In this document: in pieces, positions 58,605 to 64,000 of the stretch | How the letters are laid out: each line of letters starts with the position of its first letter | How positions within the stretch are numbered: position 1 is the stretch's first letter | From: the human T2T-CHM13v2.0 reference genome, Homo sapiens | NCBI RefSeq assembly: GCF_009914755.1 | Contig: NC_060935.1 | Length of the DNA: 64,000 nucleotides | Direction: 5' to 3' (one strand) | Made by a program: the position numbers and the translations under genes | The notes under the pieces: model-generated | What the model was told of the DNA's origin: nothing | Database searches by the model: none | Seen by the model: the letters and a program-made list of their open reading frames with translations, nothing else

Positions 58605-61600
58605 AGGGGGTTGGTCAAGACGGCCAGCTAGGAACAGTTAGTGAGCACTGCTTTCACATAGAGAAATGGAAGGGGTGAGTAAATACAGCACCTTCAACTG
58701 AAACATCCAGGTACACACATTGGGACTCATCAAGGAGACAACTAGCCCCATGGAGAATGGAGAAAAGCAAGTCAGAACAACTGCTCACTCAATAGCAACA
58801 TGGAGCCAGGGGAACCTCCTGGCTATGTGGTGGGAAGTGGTAAGTGAGTGAGTAACCCCAGGGACTCACGCTTCTTCCACCAGTCTTTGCAACTCTCTGG
58901 TCAGGAGATCCCCTTATGAACCCACCCCACCAGGACCTGCGGTCTGACACACAGAGCTATATGGAGTCTCAGCAGACCAGCTGCTCTGGCACATGTGGAG
59001 CCCTGGGAGCCTTAGATACCCAGGCTTTCCTGAAAAATCAGCTACTATTCTGGCAAACCAGGAGGTTAGAAGCCCGTGCATACCCCTAGGAAAGAGGCTG
59101 GAATCCAGGGGGCTGAGCAGCAATGGGCTGTGGGCCCCACTTAAAAAACACCTTGCAGGATAAGACCCACTGGCTTGGGAATCCAGCCAGTCACTTGTAG
59201 CAGCAGTTACCCACCCCTGAGATGGAGCTCTAACAGGGAGGGGTGGCCTGCCATCTTTGCTGTTTCACAGCCTTAGCCATCCTTGCCTTTGGGGTCTAGG
59301 GAGTCTGAGGGGACTAAGGGCTGAAGCAGTGCCCTGGCAGAGCCAGCAGCTCTACGGAGAAGTGGTCAGACTGCTTATTCATGTAGATCCTGGATCCTAT
59401 TTCTCTTCACTGGATGGAATCTTCTGACTGGGGTATCCAGTCAACCCTACAGTTGTTTTCCAGATGACAGAAGTTTCAAATCTCCCTAGGATGGAGCTTC
59501 TAGAAGTGGGGCGTGGGCTGCCATCTTTACTGTTTGGCAGTCTTAGCCATTCTTGCCTTTGGGCCTTGGGCAGTACAAGGCGTCTGGGGGCTGGAGCAAA
59601 CCACCAGCACAGCACAGCTGCTCAAAAAAGCAGCCAGGCTGTTATTTTACACAGGGTCCCGATCCCGTTCCTTCTCAATGGGTGGGATCTCCAGACCCAG
59701 GTGTCCGGCCACATCCTGCAAGTGTGTTTGGACTTGCAACATGTCCATACCTCCCTAGAGTGGAGGTCCTAGAGGGAGGGGAAGCCACCATGTTTGCTGT
59801 TTTGCAGCCTTTACTGTTGATACCTTCAGGTACTGGAAAACCCAGAGTTACTAGGGACAGGAGCAGATCCCCAGCAAACCACAGCAGCCCTACAGAAAAG
59901 TGGCCAGACTGCTTATTACATGGGTCCCCAATCCCATATCTCCACACTGGGTGGAACCTCCAGGCCTGGTTCTCCAGCCACCCTATGCTAGTGCTGTCAA
60001 GCCAGTAGCATCTCTGCAACTCCCTGGGACAGAGCTTCCAGTGGGAGGTTGCCATCTTTGTTGTCTTGCATCTTGTACCCTTGCTGTATCCAGGCTATGG
60101 AGAATCCATGGGGACTAGGGGCTGGTCCAGACCCCCAGCATAAGCCAACCACCTCAAAGAAAAATGGCCAAACTTTTCTCTACGCAGGTGTTAGTTCTCA
60201 CCTATCCTCACTGGGCAAGGCTTCCTGACCTGGGACTCCAGAATAAGAACGCTGCTCTGACCTGATTACCTCAATCAGTGGCAGACTGGAATTTCTGAGG
60301 AGGAAATCCCAGAATCACCCCACAATCCCTCCGCTACTACGGTTGCAGTGATACCCCACTAACAGCCCTTGGGCTGGGGAAGGAACAAAGGGCCTAGTCA
60401 CTATGCTGGCACTGCTAGTACACTGTATGGAGAGGAGTCCAGTCTTTTTTGTTTCTGGCAACACCCACTCCCCACTCTTCACCTGGCAGAGCCCCCAGCT
60501 CATGACTGCAAAACAGTTGTCCCCACCCGCAGCTGAGAATACCCACTGGTAGGCTTGGAGTTTACCTGGAGAGAGGCTCACAGAGGCATCTAACAGTCCC
60601 TCTGCCACTGCCACAACAGTGATTCTATCCCTTCTTCCCTGTTTCTTGCGAGGAGACAAAGAGTCTTGGGGCTATACCTGAACTTACAGCACACCACAGT
60701 CACCATACAGAGACACCAGTCTCTCCTCCCAGTGACCCCCAATACCCTGCTTCCCAACAAGTGGAGCCTGAAGCTTATGCCAGCAGTGCAGCTACCCCAC
60801 CCCACCAGCTGAACACTCCCAGTAACAGCAGCTCTGCATTTCTTGGAGGTGGAGCTCCCTGGGGCAACCGTAAGCCTCTCTGCCAGTCTCCGCAGTAATA
60901 GTACCCCTGCTACCCTCAGACTAATGAAGGTGCAAAGACGCTTAGTGCCTTATCCACAACTCCAGCAATCTGCAGTTGACCCAAGGAGAAAAAGCCAGTC
61001 CATCTCCCATGAACCCCAACCACCTCCCTGCTCATCACTAGGCAGGGAGTCCCTGGCTTGGGCCCACAGCACAGACCACCCATCCCAGGCTGATTGCACT
61101 GAGCAATTGCTGACCTGCTTCTCTCTGGGATGGAGCCTCCAGGAGACAGGCAAAAGACCCTCAGCCACAACCACTACTAAGGTCCTTGCCCCCGATGCCT
61201 CCAAGTTGGGAGGAAACATAAACCCTGAGATCACCCAAGAGCAGCAGGGGGCAGCCTCAGAGTGCCAAGCTGCGATCTACAGCCAGCACTCAAGTGGAAG
61301 AGGAGCCCACACTTTCAGAGCATTGAGAAGGAGCACAGCTGCAGCTGTGAGGAAACATAGGAGAGCCACACAGATGAGCAAGAATCTAACAACTGACCAT
61401 TACACTTAAGAATCACCTACTGGAATCACAACACAAAGCTTAAACACCAAAATAGCTCACTAACATACCCCCCTGTAAAACCAAAGACAGGAAGTATGCT
61501 ACAAATGAAGACTCTGCACAAAGCCTCAACCCTCTGGAAACATCGAGAAAATAATTATACTGACTGTACTCAACCTATATTGCAGTTAAAGGGACACCTA

Positions 61601-64000
61601 CACACAGAGATGGGAAAGAATCAATGTAAGAACTCTAGCTACTCAAATGGCCAGTGTCTTATATCCTCTAAGCAATCACACATGTTCTCCAACTAGGGTC
61701 CTTCACCAGGCCAAGTTGGCTAAAATGACATAAATGGAATTTTGAATGTCGATAGGAATTAAGATCATCAACATTCAGGAGAAAGGCAAAACCCAATCCA
61801 AGGAAAATAAGAATTACAAGAAAAGAATACAGGAGCTGACAGATTAAATATCCAGTTTTTTTAAAAAAAAAACTAAATCATCTGTTAGAGTAGAGAAACA
61901 CATTGCAAGAATTTCATAATGCAAATGCAAGTGTTATGAACATAATAGACCAAGTTGAGGAAAGAATCACAGAACTTGAACACTGGCTTTCTGAAATAAG
62001 GCAGTTAGAGAAAAAAAAAGAAAGAATGAAAAGAAATGAACAAAGCCTCTGAGACTCTGAGAAATATGGCACTATGTAAAGAGGCCAAATGTACAAATCA
62101 CTGGCATTCCTGAAAGGGATATCTAGGAAGCAAAAACCTGGAAAATATATTTCAGGTTATCATCCATGAAAACTTCTGTGACCTCACTAGAGAGGTGAAC
62201 AGTCAAATTCAGGAAATACAGAGCATCCTTGCAAGATTCTACACAAGATTATCCCTAAGAAACATAATCATCATATTTTCCAAGATTGAAATGAAAGAAA
62301 GAATGTTAAAGGCAGCTAGAGAGAAAGGGCAGGTAACCTACAAATGAACCCCTATTATGCCAACAGTGAACCACTCAGCAGAAACCCTACAAGCCAGAAG
62401 AGATTGGGGGCCTATATTCAACATTTTTAAAGAAAAACATCTTCAACCAATAATTTCATTTCCAGACAAACTCATCTTCCTGGCAAAGGAGAAATAAAAT
62501 CATTTTCAGATAAGCAAATGTGGAGAGAGTTTGTTATTAACAGACCCACCTTACAAGAGATCTTAAAAGCAGCACTAAATATAGAAAGCAAAGGCCATTA
62601 TCAGATAATGCAAAAACACACTCAAGTACTCAGACCAGGGACACTATAAAGCAAACACATAAACAAGGCTGCATAATAACAAGCTAAGAACACAATGACT
62701 GGTAGAAATTCACACATATCAATACTAACCTTGAATGTAAGTGGGCTACGTGCTCCATTGAAAAGGAAGAGACTAGCAAGCTGTATTAAAAAAAAAAAAA
62801 AAAAAAGCAAGACCCAGTGGTATGCTGTCTTCAAGAGACCCATCTCCCAGGCAATGACACCCATAGGCTCAAAATAAAGGGATGGAGGAAAATCTACCAA
62901 GCAAATGGATATCAGAACAAAGCAAGAGTGGCCAACCTAATTTCAGTCAAAACACGCTTTAAACCAACAAAGATGTGAAAAAAAAAAAAAGACAAAGAAA
63001 GTCATTACATAATGATAAAGGGTTCAATTCAAAAAGAAGACTGAGCTATTCTTAATATACATGTACCCAACACAGGAGCACCAAAATTCATAAAGCAAGT
63101 TCTCAGAAAATTACAAAGAGACTTAGACTTTCATACAATAACAGTGGGAGACTGCATCACTCTACTGACATTATTAGACAGATCACTGATGCAAAAAATT
63201 AACAAAAATTTTTAAGACTTGAATGCAACATTGGACCAAATGGATCTGATAGGCCTCTATAGAACTCTCTACCCCAAAACAAAATAATATACCTTCTTCT
63301 TATTGCCACATAGCACATACTCTAAAATCAACTCCACAATTGGACATAAAAGAATTCTCAAAAAAAGTCAAAAGTACCAAAATCATACCAAACACCCTTT
63401 TGGACTACAGCGCAATAAAAACAGTAGTCAAGACTAAAAAAATTGCTCAAAACCATGCAATTACATGAAAATTAGACAATCTGATCCTGAATGATTTTTG
63501 GGTAAATAATGAAATTAAGACAGAACTCAAGAAGTTCTTTGAAACTAATGAAAACAAATATACAACATACCAGAATCTCTGGGACATGGTTAAGACAGTG
63601 TTAAGGGGGAAATTTATGGCATTAAATGCCCACATCAAAAAGTTAAAAAGATCTCAGATGAATAACCTAACATCACAATTGAAAGAATTAAAGAACCATG
63701 AGCAAACCAACCCCAAAGCTAGCGGAAGACAAGAAATCATCAAAATCAGAGCTGAACTGAAGGAAATTGAGACACGATATACCATTCAAAAGATCAATGA
63801 ATCCAGGATTTGTCTTTTTGTTTAATTAATAAAATAAGCCACTAGCTAGACTAATGAAGAAAAAGGGAAGACCCAAATAAACATAATAACAAAGGGGATG
63901 TTACCACTGACCGCACAGAAATAAAAATAAACATCAGAAGCTACTATGAACACCTCTGTGCACACAACTAGAAAACCTAGAAGAGAAGGATAAATTCCTA
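58605..64000 (+). mobile_element. Long L1 (old L1PA/L1PB type): intact 5' end, about 3-kb 5'UTR, disrupted ORF1, start of ORF2 endonuclease
   Basis: Starts gggggttggtcaagacggcc; ORF1 remnants at about 61600-62600; ORF2 start MTGRNSHISILTLNV at 62695; later [28 protein letters not shown]; frameshifted; runs off the window. Confidence 0.93.

Noticed and set aside
59200-60300. Regularly spaced repeats as a CRISPR-like array
   Set aside because: Whole units are homologous (no unique spacers), the context is a eukaryotic L1, and there are no cas genes.
58914-61409. Cluster of 70-188 aa ORFs on both strands
   Set aside because: All lie in the GC-richer L1 5'UTR; no domain-like content.

Overview
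Primate (by recognition human 11p15.4) genomic DNA from the class I olfactory receptor cluster. It is AT-rich, CpG-poor and roughly half interspersed repeat. Genes in order: an OR51A-family pseudogene (- strand, one in-frame TGA, probably OR51A5P); the complete 6-exon coding region of MMP26 (+, 261 aa, promoter with ERE/TCF/AP-1/TATA); intact OR51L1 (+, 315 aa); and a second OR51 pseudogene (+, one in-frame TGA plus a DRY-motif change, probably OR51P1P). Repeats include a complete two-LTR MER31-type provirus with TSD and tRNA-His PBS, an internally deleted two-LTR THE1/MaLR element, a dense stack of solo LTRs at 35-43 kb, Alus, Tigger1, Tigger3, MER20 and a long L1 with a tandem-monomer 5'UTR. 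There are no prokaryotic features and I found no convincing new multi-gene system. The least explained signals are: a CpG-undepleted, exon-like orphan segment at about 46.1-46.6 kb; an open last intron in MMP26 encoding RKRR plus a hydrophobic tail; a templated inverted insertion inside an LTR; and a perfect 15-bp hairpin in the first coding intron of MMP26. Repeat subfamily names and pseudogene symbols come from recall of consensus sequences and gene order, not from a search, and repeat boundaries are approximate.
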